From assembly GCA_018825985.1 (NCBI GenBank), contig JAHKAP010000052.1, positions 6,373 to 70,372 of the forward strand: a stretch of 64,000 nt of DNA. The letters run 5' to 3'. The notes beneath the pieces are model-generated. The model searched no databases. It was not told the DNA's origin and saw only the letters and a program-made list of their open reading frames with translations. Source of the stretch: Candidatus Omnitrophota bacterium (GTDB taxonomy: Bacteria > Omnitrophota > Gorgyraeia > Gygaellales > Profunditerraquicolaceae). Every line of letters starts with the position of its first letter. Position 1 is the first letter of the stretch. Made by a program: the position numbers and the translations under genes. Below, piece by piece: positions 28,456 through 38,927 of this stretch.

Positions 28456-29685
28456 ATGGTAAACACTGGGGATACAGCCTGGGTTTTGATTTCGTCGGCG
28501 CTGGTTTTACTAATGACTCCGGGATTGGCTTTTTTTTACGGAGGAATGGTTAGGCGCAAAAATGTTTTAAGTGTTTTAATGCAGTGTTTTGTGATCATGT
28601 GTGTTTTAAGTTTACAGTGGGTTTTGTTCGGCTATAGCCTTTCTTTTCACCCCTCCAATGGTTTTTGGGGAGGTTTTGGCTGGATGGGTCTTCATGGTGT
28701 GGGTTTGGAGCCTTATGCTGATTATGCCGGGACAATCCCTCATCAGGCATTTATGATTTTTCAGGCAATGTTTGCCATAATTACACCGGCCTTGATTATT
28801 GGCGCGTTTGCCGAACGGATGAAATTTGCCGCTTTCCTGCTCTTTACCGTATTATGGGCAACTTTTGTTTACAATCCTCTTTGTCATTGGGTCTGGGGCT
28901 TAGGCGGTTGGCTGCGCAACTATGGCGCTCTGGATTTTGCCGGAGGAACAGTAGTTCATATTAATGCCGGGATCGCAGCTTTAGTTACTGCGTTAGTGAT
29001 CGGCAAGAGGAAGAATCTGGAGAAAAATGTCCCCTCTCCACATAACCTGCCATTTGTAGTTTTAGGCACTGGTTTATTATGGTTTGGCTGGTTTGGTTTT
29101 AATGCCGGCAGCGCTTTGGCAGCCAATGGTTTAGCGGTGAATGCTTTTGTAGTGACTAATACTGCTGCCGCAGCCGCGGGTCTAAGCTGGGCGCTTATGG
29201 AGTGGATGCGTAATGGTAAACCGACTATATTCGGGCTTTGCAGCGGCGCAGTGGCAGGTTTGGTAGCTATTACTCCGGCAGCCGGATATGTGAGCGTAAT
29301 TCCGGCGATAATCATTGGTATATTGGTCAGCTTGTTTTGTTTTGCCGCAGTCAGCGTTATTAAGCCTAAATTAGGCTATGATGATTCTTTGGACGCCTTT
29401 GGGGTGCACTGCGTGGGCGGAATATGGGGAGCTTTAGCTACAGGGTTATTCGCTTCTAAAGCAGTAAATCCGGCAGGAGCTAATGGTTTGTTCTTTGGAA
29501 ATCCCCAGCAGTTTCTAATCCAATTATTTACTGTTTTAGTTACAGTTGTTTACGCAGGAGTAGTAACTTTTGTGATTTACAAGGTAGTGGATTTTATTAT
29601 CGGTGTGCGGGTTAATGAGAAGGCTGAATCTTTAGGGCTTGATCTTACCCAGCACAGGGAAAGGGCGTATACCGTACTAGAATAA
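28456..29685 (+). CDS. amt: Ammonium transporter
   Basis: Amt/MEP signatures throughout (DFAGGTVVHINAGIAAL, twin-His region). 11 TM helices. Confidence 0.9.
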   Translation: MVNTGDTAWVLISSALVLLMTPGLAFFYGGMVRRKNVLSVLMQCFVIMCVLSLQWVLFGYSLSFHPSNGFWGGFGWMGLHGVGLEPYADYAGTIPHQAFMIFQAMFAIITPALIIGAFAERMKFAAFLLFTVLWATFVYNPLCHWVWGLGGWLRNYGALDFAGGTVVHINAGIAALVTALVIGKRKNLEKNVPSPHNLPFVVLGTGLLWFGWFGFNAGSALAANGLAVNAFVVTNTAAAAAGLSWALMEWMRNGKPTIFGLCSGAVAGLVAITPAAGYVSVIPAIIIGILVSLFCFAAVSVIKPKLGYDDSLDAFGVHCVGGIWGALATGLFASKAVNPAGANGLFFGNPQQFLIQLFTVLVTVVYAGVVTFVIYKVVDFIIGVRVNEKAESLGLDLTQHRERAYTVLE

Positions 29686-29722
29686 AAGTAGGTAGTATAT
29701 AGTAGGTAATATGTAGGTAAAA
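29686..29722 (+). promoter_or_regulatory. Three direct repeats of GTAGGTA(A) in the amt-glnK intergenic region
   Basis: GTAGGTA at 29688, 29702 and 29713 (spacing 14 and 11 nt). Confidence 0.35.
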
Positions 29723-29750
29723 CAAAAGAATCTAAAAAAGCGAGGGGAAA

Positions 29751-30092
29751 ATGAAATTAGTGATAGCGATAATCCAGCCGGATAAGCTGGAAGAGGTTAA
29801 GGAGGAATTATATAAAGCAGAGATTAATCTTTTAACTGTAAGCGAGGTTCTTGGCCATGGTCGGCAAAAAGGGATTACTGAGGTTTACCGCGGCCATAAG
29901 GAGACTGGCAATCTTTTGAGAAAAGTTCGTTTGGAGATTGCCGTTAATGATCATTTCCTTGAGCCAACAATTAAGGCTATTGTTAGGGGGGCTAAGACCG
30001 GCGAGACAGGAGATGGAAAAATATTTATTCTGGATCTTAAAGAGTGCATCCGCATACGTACAGAAGAACGGGGTTCAACAGCTATAGGTTAA
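29751..30092 (+). CDS. glnK: P-II nitrogen regulatory protein
   Basis: PII fold with T-loop [11 protein letters not shown] and C-terminal GDGKIFI. Adjacent to amt. Confidence 0.85.
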   Translation: MKLVIAIIQPDKLEEVKEELYKAEINLLTVSEVLGHGRQKGITEVYRGHKETGNLLRKVRLEIAVNDHFLEPTIKAIVRGAKTGETGDGKIFILDLKECIRIRTEERGSTAIG

Positions 30093-30116
30093 GCTTTTGG
30101 TTACCGGGGTAAACTT

Positions 30117-30150
30117 AATTTTACTTGTAAAATATTGGGTAATTTGTGGT
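30117..30150 (+). promoter_or_regulatory. AATTTTAC-TT-GTAAAAT palindrome plus GGTAA direct repeats upstream of glnN
   Basis: Near-perfect 17-bp palindrome centred on TTACTTGTAA (30121-30130). GGTAA half-sites at +12 and +22. Confidence 0.35.
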
Positions 30151-30182
30151 AAAATAATATATAAATAAAAAAGGGGGAAGTT

Positions 30183-32372
30183 ATGGGACTAAGACAAAAA
30201 ACATTGTTCAGAATAAAAAATGTGGAGTTGAAAAAGATCGACCATCCTAAAAAAGTATCTTCTTATTTCGGGGAAAACACCTTTAGTTTAGAGACCATGC
30301 AAAAGCATATCTCTAAAACGACATTTGAGGCTTTTAAAGCCTGGATGTCAGAAGGTAAAACTATTAATATTAAACAAGCTGATGAGATTGCCGCAGCGAT
30401 GAAGGATTGGGCAATCTCCAAAGGCGCGACTTATTATACCCATTGGTTTCAGCCGATGACCGGGCTTACCGCTGAAAAGCACGATAGTTTTATTTCAATG
30501 GCTGGTCCGGGAAAGGTCATCGAAAAATTCTCCGGGAATAAATTGATCCAGGGTGAGCCTGATGCCTCGAGTTTTCCTTCGGGAGGGATCAGGGCCACAT
30601 TTGAAGCCAGGGGTTATACTGCCTGGGATCCTTCCAGCCCGGCTTTTATCATTGAGAGCGCGTTAGGTAAGACTTTATGTATACCTACTATTTTTATTTC
30701 TTACCATGGCGAGGCACTGGATAAAAAGCTTCCCTTGTTACGTTCTGATGAGGCCTTAAATAAAGCGGCAACAGGCTTATTAAAAATTTTTGGGCGTAAA
30801 GACGCGCAAAAAGTCTTTTCTACCTGTGGACCGGAACAAGAGTATTTTTTAATCGACCGGAATTATTATAACCTCAGGCAGGATCTGTTATTGACTGGAC
30901 GGACTTTAGTTGGGGCTGCTTCTCCTAAGGGTCAGCAGTTAGAAGACCAGTATTTCGGGACGATCAAGGAACGGGTAGTTAACTTTATGTTTGAGGTAGC
31001 CGAAGAAGCCTATAAGTTGGGTATTCCGGTGATGACCAGACATAATGAAGTTGCTCCGCATCAATATGAATTCGCTCCTATATTTGAGGAGTCAAATTTA
31101 GCTGCGGATCATAACCAGCTTTTAATGGAATTGATGAAAAAGGTGGCGTTAAGGCATAACCTGGTCTGTCTTTTACATGAAAAGCCTTTTGCCGGCATTA
31201 ATGGAAGCGGTAAACATCTGAATTGGTCTTTGGCGGATAACAACGGGAATAACCTGCTTAATCCCGGAGAGACCCCAGAAGATAATCTTCAGTTTTTAGC
31301 AGTATTAGCCGCAGTATTAAGGGCGGTATATCTGCATGGCGATTTATTAAGGGCTAGCGTTGCCTTGGCCGGGAATGAACACCGTTTAGGCGCTAATGAA
31401 GCGCCGCCTGCGATTATCAGTGTTTTCTTAGGGGAACAGTTAACTTCAATTTTGGATATGATTGAAAAAGGGGCAAAATCCAAAGTCTCTAAGCGCGATA
31501 TTATTGATTTAGGGATAGCCCGCCTGCCGAAATTCAATAAAGATTCTACTGACCGCAACCGCACTTCTCCGTTTGCCTTTACCGGAGCCAAGTTTGAGTT
31601 CAGGGCTGTAGGCTCATCTCAGAATATTGCAACCGCGATCGCAATGATCAATACTATCATTGCTGAAAGCCTGGATTATGTCGCTGATAAGGTCAATAAG
31701 GCCAAAGGAAGCGATTTCAGCACTAAAGTAATGCAGGTGATCGCTCAAATCGTAAAGGAGACTAAGGACATCCGTTTTGAAGGCAATAACTACGCTGAGG
31801 AATGGATAAAAGAAGCTAAAAAAAGAGGCCTGCCTAATGTCGCTTCCACAATAGACGCGCTTAAGGCCTTGACCGAAAAGAAGAATATAAATCTTTTTGA
31901 AAGATACAAGGTTTTCTCTAAGGAAGAATTAATCGCCCGGCACCATATCTGGGTTCATATGTATAACCTTACTCTTGAGATCGAAGCTAATACTTTGAAT
32001 GAAATGGTCAATGCCAGTATTGTCCCGGCAGGCTATGAATACGAAAAACTCCTGGCTGGTAACTTGAAAAAAATAGTTGAACTTTTAAAAGAAGCGAAAC
32101 TTAAGCTGGACCCGGCCGTAATCAGTGATCAGAAAGAACATTTAAGCGATGTGGTCAGTAAGATCTATTATGTCCGGCGCAATACCAAGGAATTGGTGAA
32201 GCTTCTGGAAAAAGCCAGGGGTTTGGATAATGACTTGAGGGCGAATCTGTATTTTAAAGAGCTTAAACCTTTGATGGAGCATATCCGTAGGCATGTTGAT
32301 GCTTTGGAATGCGTTGTCCCGGATGAGCTTTGGGAGTTACCGAAATACCGGGAGATGCTTTTTATTAAATAA
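30183..32372 (+). CDS. glnN: Glutamine synthetase type III
   Basis: 729-aa GS with type III architecture. GGGGG RBS. Confidence 0.85.
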   Translation: MGLRQKTLFRIKNVELKKIDHPKKVSSYFGENTFSLETMQKHISKTTFEAFKAWMSEGKTINIKQADEIAAAMKDWAISKGATYYTHWFQPMTGLTAEKHDSFISMAGPGKVIEKFSGNKLIQGEPDASSFPSGGIRATFEARGYTAWDPSSPAFIIESALGKTLCIPTIFISYHGEALDKKLPLLRSDEALNKAATGLLKIFGRKDAQKVFSTCGPEQEYFLIDRNYYNLRQDLLLTGRTLVGAASPKGQQLEDQYFGTIKERVVNFMFEVAEEAYKLGIPVMTRHNEVAPHQYEFAPIFEESNLAADHNQLLMELMKKVALRHNLVCLLHEKPFAGINGSGKHLNWSLADNNGNNLLNPGETPEDNLQFLAVLAAVLRAVYLHGDLLRASVALAGNEHRLGANEAPPAIISVFLGEQLTSILDMIEKGAKSKVSKRDIIDLGIARLPKFNKDSTDRNRTSPFAFTGAKFEFRAVGSSQNIATAIAMINTIIAESLDYVADKVNKAKGSDFSTKVMQVIAQIVKETKDIRFEGNNYAEEWIKEAKKRGLPNVASTIDALKALTEKKNINLFERYKVFSKEELIARHHIWVHMYNLTLEIEANTLNEMVNASIVPAGYEYEKLLAGNLKKIVELLKEAKLKLDPAVISDQKEHLSDVVSKIYYVRRNTKELVKLLEKARGLDNDLRANLYFKELKPLMEHIRRHVDALECVVPDELWELPKYREMLFIK

Positions 32373-32398
32373 AAAAAGGTTACCAGGCGGCTACAATC

Positions 32399-32508
32399 TT
32401 TACTTGTATATATAGGTAAAGACTGCACGTTGTAGTGCATCAGTAGCCGACTAATTTAAAGAACGCAGGCGTTCATCTTCGTTTGGTAACGGGGTGAGCG
32501 CCTTTTTT
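32399..32508 (+). promoter_or_regulatory. Leader with TTTACTTGTA motif, TGCAC-N6-GTGCA palindrome, and GAACG-CAGG-CGUUC hairpin overlapping a terminator
   Basis: AAAGAACGCAGGCGTTC 17-mer is identical to the one at 26697-26715. Terminator GGCGUUCA/UGAGCGCC followed by U6 (32468-32508). NtrC-box-like palindrome at 32424-32439. Confidence 0.45.
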
Positions 32509-32541
32509 ATTGTTCTTGACTGATTAAATATTAGGCAGGAT

Positions 32542-32919
32542 ATGATCACAATATTGATCACTGAAGACGAATTAAAAGCCAAGGATGCCTTGGCTAAGGC
32601 GCTCTCTCAGGAAGGGTATGCCTTATCCGAAGGTTTTAATGATTCGAATATGATCCGGATAGTAAAAAAAGATTGTATCCGGGATTTGGCTTTTATCAAA
32701 GATAAAGTGATCGAGCTGGAAGACGCTTTAGTCAATGAAAAGAAAGGGTTTTTGTATAAGTCTGTGTTGGAGGCTATTGAAAAACCACTTATTGAACATA
32801 TCCTGGAGCGCACCGAGGGAAATCAGTTAAAGGCAGCCAGGATTCTGGGGATTAACCGTAATACTATGCGCTCTAAAATTAAAAAACTGGGGATTAGCGC
32901 GGCAAAATGGAAGGTTTGA
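32542..32919 (+). CDS. Stand-alone Fis/NtrC-type HTH DNA-binding protein
   Basis: C-terminal 45 aa (EKPLIEHILERTEGNQLKAARILGINRNTMRSKIKKLGI) match the HTH_8 DNA-binding domain of sigma54 activators. No receiver or AAA+ domain. Confidence 0.6.
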   Translation: MITILITEDELKAKDALAKALSQEGYALSEGFNDSNMIRIVKKDCIRDLAFIKDKVIELEDALVNEKKGFLYKSVLEAIEKPLIEHILERTEGNQLKAARILGINRNTMRSKIKKLGISAAKWKV

Positions 32920-35900
32920 TGGAAAAACAAGGGCTTTATGATCCTAAGTTTGAACATGATTCCTGCGGCACCGGGTTTGTTTGCCAGGTCAAGGGAGAGA
33001 GGTCTTTTTCAATTATCCAGCAGGGCCTGGAGGTATTAAGGAGATTGTCTCATCGCGGGGCAACCGGAGCAGACCCCAAAACCGGAGATGGCGCAGGAGT
33101 GCTGATCCAGATGCCGCATGATTTCCTGGTAGATGAATGTTTGAAGTTAGGGATAAATCTTCCCCGCATAGGAGATTATGCCTGCGGTTTAGTTTTTCTG
33201 CCGGTGGAAAAGTTAGAGCGTCAATATTGCAAAGATGCCTTTGCCGAGATAGTCGAGCATGAAGGACAACTTCTTTTAGGCTGGAGAAAAGTTCCGGTAA
33301 ATGATTCAGATATAGGGCATACCGCCAAAAAGACCCAGCCAATGATTGAACAGGTTTTTATCCAAAAAGGCCGGGGTATTTTTAAGGATAACCTCGCCTT
33401 TGAGAGAAAGCTTTATATCATTAGGAAGAGAGTTGAAAATATAATCCGCAGGAAGGGTTTAAGCAAAGATTCATTATTTTATATCACTAATCTTTCTTCT
33501 CGGACATTGTCTTATAAGGGCCTGTTGATGCCCACCCAGGTAAAGGATTATTTTCCCGACCTTAAGAACCCGCTTTTAAAAAGCGCGATCTGTTTAGTCC
33601 ATTCCCGGTATTCCACTAATACTTTTCCTACCTGGGACCTGGCTCAGCCGTTTAGATATTTGGCTCATAACGGAGAGATAAATACTCTGCGGGGGAATAT
33701 TAATTGGATGCAAGCCAGGGAAGGTTTATTGGAAAGCGAGTTATTTGGCTCGGATATAGAAAAACTTAAACCGGTGATCGTTCCCGGCGGAAGCGATTCA
33801 GCCACATTAGACAATGTTTTTGAATTACTTTTCTTAGGAGGCAGGCCTTTAGCCCAGGTAATGATGATGCTTATTCCTTCGGCTTGGGAGCAATCCAAGT
33901 CAATGGATGAGAAATTGCGCAGTTTCTATAAATACCACGCTTGTCTTATGGAGCCCTGGGATGGGCCGGCAGCTATTGTTTTTACTGACGGTATCCGGGT
34001 AGGGGCAGTGTTGGACAGGAATGGCCTGAGGCCCTGCCGTTACATTACTACCCGGGATAACCGGGTAATCATGGCTTCTGAAGTCGGGATTTTAGATATA
34101 CCTCCCCATGATATTCTTTCTTCAGGGAGGATCGAGCCGGGAAAGATATTTTTTATCAATACTGAGGTAGGCAGGATTATTGAAGACCGGGAGCTAAAGG
34201 AGATAACCGCCGGCAAACATCCCTACCGCAGCTGGGTTTTAGAAAACATGCGTAATCTCGAAGACCTGGCTGAAAAAGAAATAGATTCCAAACGGTTGGA
34301 TATTCTCCCACAGTTAAAAGCCTTCGGCTATACCCGAGAGGACATTAAAACCATTATCAAACCGATGATGGAAACGGCTCAAGAGCCGGTGGGTTCAATG
34401 GGAAATGATACTCCTTTAGCTGTTCTTTCCCAAAAACCCCAGATGCTTTACAGTTATTTCAAACAACTCTTTGCTCAGGTAACTAATCCGGCGATCGATC
34501 CTATACGCGAAGAACTGGTAATGTCTTTGTCGACTTATTTAGGCCCGGAAAAGAATATCCTGGAAGAATCTCCGGCAAATTGCCACAAGATATTTATAAA
34601 AGAACCGGTAATTACTAATGAATCCCTGGAAAAGATCCGCAATATCGATTTAAATTCCTTTAAGACTAAGACCGTATCTCTTTTATTCGAAGCATCCGCG
34701 CCTGATAATTTTCTAAAAACCTTAGATAGGATATGCCAGGACGCGTTATCCGCTATAAGGCAGGGTTATACTTTCATAATATTAAGCGACCGGGGGGTAG
34801 ATAAAAAACACGCGGCGATTCCTGCACTTCTAGCCATAGGCGCGGTGCATCATTTTCTGGTGAGAAAATCCCTGCGCACCCGTATCGGCATCGTAGTTGA
34901 AAGCGCTGAGCCTAGGGAAGTGCATCATTTTGCCCTTTTATTCGGATACGGAGCGGATTGCGTTAATCCTTATCTGGCCTTCGAAGCGGTAAAATCAATA
35001 CTTAAAGAAGAATCCGGCAGCCTTAATGATGAAGAATATTTACATAAATATATTAAGGCGGTTAATAAGGGGATTTTAAAGATCCTCTCTAAAATGGGGA
35101 TATCTACTCTACAAAGTTACCGGGGGGCCCAGATATTTGAGGCTCTGGGTTTAGGAAAAGAAGTGATCGAGCAATGTTTTAGCGGGACGGTATCAAGGAT
35201 AGGAGGTATAGGCTTTGATATTATAGTTCAGGAGACCTTGTTAAGGCACGCCCAAGCTTTTGTAAAAGGCCAGCCAGAAACTCCGTATTTATCCTCGGGG
35301 GGGATGTATCAATGGAGAAAAGACGGTGAATTCCACCTTTGGAATCCGGAAACCATCGCTGCTTTGCAAGACGCAGTGCGAACCGGGAATTACCAGAAAT
35401 ATAAAGAATTCAGTAAATTAATAAATGACCAATCTTTAAATCCTACTACCTTGCGTAGCCTCTTGAAATTCAAGGATGGAACTGCCGTAATTGATTTGAA
35501 AGAAGTTGAGCCGCAGGAATTTATTATTAAGCGTTTTGCCACCGGGGCAATGAGTTTCGGCTCGATAAGCGGCGCGGCTCATCGCACCATTGCCCTGGCT
35601 ATGAACCGCCTGGGAGCAAAGTCAAATACCGGAGAAGGGGGAGAAGACCCGGTTCGTTTTATGCCTTTGCCAAACGGTGATAGTTTCCGCAGCGCGATCA
35701 AACAAGTCGCCTCCGGCAGGTTTGGGGTAACTACAAATTATTTGGTTAATGCCGATGAGTTGCAGATCAAGATCTGCCAGGGAGCTAAACCCGGTGAAGG
35801 AGGGCAATTACCCGGGCATAAGGTCAGTTTGATCATTGCCAAGACCCGCTATACTACTCCGGGAGTGACTCTGATCTCTCCTCCTCCGCATCATGATATT

Positions 35901-37433
35901 TATTCTATTGAAGATTTAGCCCAGCTTATATTTGATCTAAAGAATGTTAATCCTAAAGCCAGGATAAGCGTTAAGTTAGTTTCCGAGATTGGCGTAGGTA
36001 CTGTTGCTGCCGGAGTAGCTAAAGGGCATGCGGATATGATCCTGATATCCGGCGGGGACGGTGGAACTGGAGCCTCGCCAATAAGCTCGATCAAACACGC
36101 CGGCCTGCCCTGGGAACTGGGTTTATCCGAGGCCCACCAGACCCTGGTATTAAATGATTTAAGGAGCAGGGTAAGGTTGCAAACCGACGGTCAACTGCGC
36201 ACCGGAAGGGATATCGCTATAGCAGCTTTATTAGGTGCGGAAGAATACGGCTTTGCCACCAGCGTATTGGTTACATTAGGATGCGTTATGTTAAGACATT
36301 GTAATTTAAATAATTGCTCTTTAGGTATAGCTACCCAGGACGAGTTATTAGAGAAAAAATTCTTAGGCCAGGCAGACTATGTGATTAATTATTTTCGTTT
36401 TGTGGTTACCGAGCTTAGAGAGATCATGGCCCATCTTGGCATAAAGACTATTGACGAGATGATCGGCCGCACCGATTTATTGGAGCTCAATAAAAATATA
36501 TTACCCTGGAAAGCTAAGGAATTAGATTTCTCTCGGATACTTTATAAGCCTGATCTCTTTGCGCAAGTCGGCAGGTATAAGATTATTTCTCAGGAGCACG
36601 GCATTGATAAAGTTTTAGATTTAAAATTAATTGAAGCGGTAAAATCAGGATTAGGTAAGGATAATCAGATTAAGCTGGAATTACCGATAAAAAACTCCGA
36701 TCGGGCTGTAGGGGCGATGTTAAGCGGTTATGTGGCTAAAAACTTCGGCGAGGCCGGCCTGGTTGAAAAATCCATTCATTGTAATTTTAAAGGTTATGCC
36801 GGACAGAGTTTCGGCGCTTTTCTTGTTCCCGGGATAACCTTTGAGCTTGAAGGTATGGCTAATGATTATGTTGGTAAAGGTATATCCGGAGGCCGGATCA
36901 TAATCTATCCGGATAAAGAGGTAACTTACAGCGCCCGGGAGAATATCATTATTGGCAATACCGCATTTTACGGAAGCGTAAACGGTGAGGCCTATATCCG
37001 CGGCCGCTCAGGAGAAAGATTTGCGATCCGCAATTCCGGGCTCTATGCGGTTGTGGAAGGCGTGGGAGACCATGGTTGCGAGTATATGACCGGAGGAAGG
37101 GTTGTGGTTTTAGGAAGGACCGGCAAGAATTTTGCCGCTGGTATGGCCGGAGGCATTGCCTATGTATATAACCGGGAAGGAAATTTTAAATACCGTTGTA
37201 ACTATGATATGGTGGGTTTAGAAAAACTTAATCCGGACGACATAGAAACGGTTAAAAAATTAATTCTTAATCATTACAAATATACCCAGAGTTTACTGGC
37301 CAAGAGAATAATGGACAATTTTTCTTCCGAGATACGGGATTTTGTCAAGGTTATACCTTTTGAGTATAAGCGTATCTTAGAAGAAAAGAAACCGGCTAAA
37401 AATAATAATTTAGACGAAGTATCAGATGGGTAA
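32907..37433 (+). CDS. gltB: Glutamate synthase large subunit
   Basis: N-terminal amidotransferase Cys (HDSCGTGFV), FMN and 3Fe-4S domains, C-terminal GXGXG domain. 1508 aa. Start may instead be the ATG at 32919. Confidence 0.9.
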   Translation: MEGLMEKQGLYDPKFEHDSCGTGFVCQVKGERSFSIIQQGLEVLRRLSHRGATGADPKTGDGAGVLIQMPHDFLVDECLKLGINLPRIGDYACGLVFLPVEKLERQYCKDAFAEIVEHEGQLLLGWRKVPVNDSDIGHTAKKTQPMIEQVFIQKGRGIFKDNLAFERKLYIIRKRVENIIRRKGLSKDSLFYITNLSSRTLSYKGLLMPTQVKDYFPDLKNPLLKSAICLVHSRYSTNTFPTWDLAQPFRYLAHNGEINTLRGNINWMQAREGLLESELFGSDIEKLKPVIVPGGSDSATLDNVFELLFLGGRPLAQVMMMLIPSAWEQSKSMDEKLRSFYKYHACLMEPWDGPAAIVFTDGIRVGAVLDRNGLRPCRYITTRDNRVIMASEVGILDIPPHDILSSGRIEPGKIFFINTEVGRIIEDRELKEITAGKHPYRSWVLENMRNLEDLAEKEIDSKRLDILPQLKAFGYTREDIKTIIKPMMETAQEPVGSMGNDTPLAVLSQKPQMLYSYFKQLFAQVTNPAIDPIREELVMSLSTYLGPEKNILEESPANCHKIFIKEPVITNESLEKIRNIDLNSFKTKTVSLLFEASAPDNFLKTLDRICQDALSAIRQGYTFIILSDRGVDKKHAAIPALLAIGAVHHFLVRKSLRTRIGIVVESAEPREVHHFALLFGYGADCVNPYLAFEAVKSILKEESGSLNDEEYLHKYIKAVNKGILKILSKMGISTLQSYRGAQIFEALGLGKEVIEQCFSGTVSRIGGIGFDIIVQETLLRHAQAFVKGQPETPYLSSGGMYQWRKDGEFHLWNPETIAALQDAVRTGNYQKYKEFSKLINDQSLNPTTLRSLLKFKDGTAVIDLKEVEPQEFIIKRFATGAMSFGSISGAAHRTIALAMNRLGAKSNTGEGGEDPVRFMPLPNGDSFRSAIKQVASGRFGVTTNYLVNADELQIKICQGAKPGEGGQLPGHKVSLIIAKTRYTTPGVTLISPPPHHDIYSIEDLAQLIFDLKNVNPKARISVKLVSEIGVGTVAAGVAKGHADMILISGGDGGTGASPISSIKHAGLPWELGLSEAHQTLVLNDLRSRVRLQTDGQLRTGRDIAIAALLGAEEYGFATSVLVTLGCVMLRHCNLNNCSLGIATQDELLEKKFLGQADYVINYFRFVVTELREIMAHLGIKTIDEMIGRTDLLELNKNILPWKAKELDFSRILYKPDLFAQVGRYKIISQEHGIDKVLDLKLIEAVKSGLGKDNQIKLELPIKNSDRAVGAMLSGYVAKNFGEAGLVEKSIHCNFKGYAGQSFGAFLVPGITFELEGMANDYVGKGISGGRIIIYPDKEVTYSARENIIIGNTAFYGSVNGEAYIRGRSGERFAIRNSGLYAVVEGVGDHGCEYMTGGRVVVLGRTGKNFAAGMAGGIAYVYNREGNFKYRCNYDMVGLEKLNPDDIETVKKLILNHYKYTQSLLAKRIMDNFSSEIRDFVKVIPFEYKRILEEKKPAKNNNLDEVSDG

Positions 37434-37445
37434 AGCGGAGTTATT

Positions 37446-38891
37446 ATGGGTGATCCTAAAGGTTTCTTAAAGGTTAAAAGAGAGCATCCGGCATACCGTC
37501 CGGTATGCGAACGGGTCCGGGATTATAAGCAGGTATCTGCTTTAAGGAGCGACTCCAAATCTATGGAACAGGCCTCGCGTTGCATGGACTGCGGCACTCC
37601 CTTCTGCCATTGGGCCTGTCCGATAGGTAATTACATACCGGAATGGAATGATCTGGTATTTCATAACCGTTGGGAAGAAGCGATAAGTCTGCTCATGGCG
37701 ACAAATAATCTTCCGGAAGTTACCGGCAGGGTCTGCCCGGCGCTGTGCGAATACTCCTGTGTTTTAGGTATTAATGATGATCCGGTCACTATAAGAGAGA
37801 ATGAATTTTCGGTTATCGAGCATGCTTTTAAGGAAGGAATAATCATTCCTATCCTGCCTAAGAATAGGACCGGTAAAACTGTAGCGATAGTAGGTTCAGG
37901 GCCGTCAGGCCTGGCTTGCGCTGATCAATTGAATCAAGCCGGGCATAGGGTGATAGTTTTTGAAAAGGATGATTCAATAGGTGGGATATTGCGCTTTGGC
38001 ATACCGGATTTTAAATTAGAGAAAAAGGTAATCGATCGCAGGTTGAATATTTTAAAGGCTGAAGGAATAGAGTTTCGGACTAAAATAAATGTAGGCCTTG
38101 ATTATCCGGCTAAAAAATTATTAGAAGATTTTGACGCAGTCTGCCTGGCCGGCGGAAGCAGGGTTGCCCGGGATTTGAAGATTCCTGGGCGGGATTTAAA
38201 AGGTATTTATTTTGCCATGGATTATTTAACCCAGTCAAACCGCAGGGGCAGAGGAGAGAATATTCCCGACAATCTCCTTATAGACGCCAATAATAAATCA
38301 GTAGTAGTGATCGGCGGCGGTGATACCGGTTCGGATTGCGTGGGTACTGCTAATCGCCAGCAGGCTAAATGTGTAGTCCAGATAGAAGTATTACCTAAGC
38401 CTTCCGAGTGCCGGACTCCCGACCACGCTTGGCCTAAATACCCGGTTATTTTAAAAACTTCAACCAGCCATGAAGAAGGAGGGCTTAGGCATTGGGCGGT
38501 TTTGTCTAAAGAATTTATTGGAGATAATGGCAAGGTGAGTAGAATTTCTTGTGTAAACGCGGACTTCTCTGAAAAAGATAGCCAGGGATGCGGGATCATG
38601 AAAGAAGTGGCTGGTTCGGGTTTTGAGGTTCCGGCGGATTTAGTTATTATTGCGGCAGGTTTTCTGCACCCTGAGCATAACGGGTTGATCAAGGATTTGA
38701 ATCTGGACATGGATAACCGGGGAAATGTTTTAACCGGCCAAGATTATGCTACTTTAGTAAAAAAAGTTTTTGCAGCCGGAGATATACGCCGGGGCCAGTC
38801 TTTAGTAGTCTGGGCTATTTCTGAAGGCAGACAGGCAGCGTTTAACATTGATAAATATCTTATGGGTTATACCAACCTGCCTATGCTCTAA
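37446..38891 (+). CDS. gltD: Glutamate synthase small subunit (NADPH)
   Basis: GltD family: N-terminal Fe-S Cys clusters, FAD (IVGSGPSGL) and NADPH ([11 protein letters not shown]) Rossmann motifs. Confidence 0.9.
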   Translation: MGDPKGFLKVKREHPAYRPVCERVRDYKQVSALRSDSKSMEQASRCMDCGTPFCHWACPIGNYIPEWNDLVFHNRWEEAISLLMATNNLPEVTGRVCPALCEYSCVLGINDDPVTIRENEFSVIEHAFKEGIIIPILPKNRTGKTVAIVGSGPSGLACADQLNQAGHRVIVFEKDDSIGGILRFGIPDFKLEKKVIDRRLNILKAEGIEFRTKINVGLDYPAKKLLEDFDAVCLAGGSRVARDLKIPGRDLKGIYFAMDYLTQSNRRGRGENIPDNLLIDANNKSVVVIGGGDTGSDCVGTANRQQAKCVVQIEVLPKPSECRTPDHAWPKYPVILKTSTSHEEGGLRHWAVLSKEFIGDNGKVSRISCVNADFSEKDSQGCGIMKEVAGSGFEVPADLVIIAAGFLHPEHNGLIKDLNLDMDNRGNVLTGQDYATLVKKVFAAGDIRRGQSLVVWAISEGRQAAFNIDKYLMGYTNLPML

Positions 38892-38927
38892 ACCAGTTCC
38901 ACCTTTGCAGGTGGATAGGGGGGTTTT

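Noticed and set aside
38222-38710. 162-aa - strand ORF inside gltD
   Set aside because: Antisense to a strongly supported gene. No RBS or motif.
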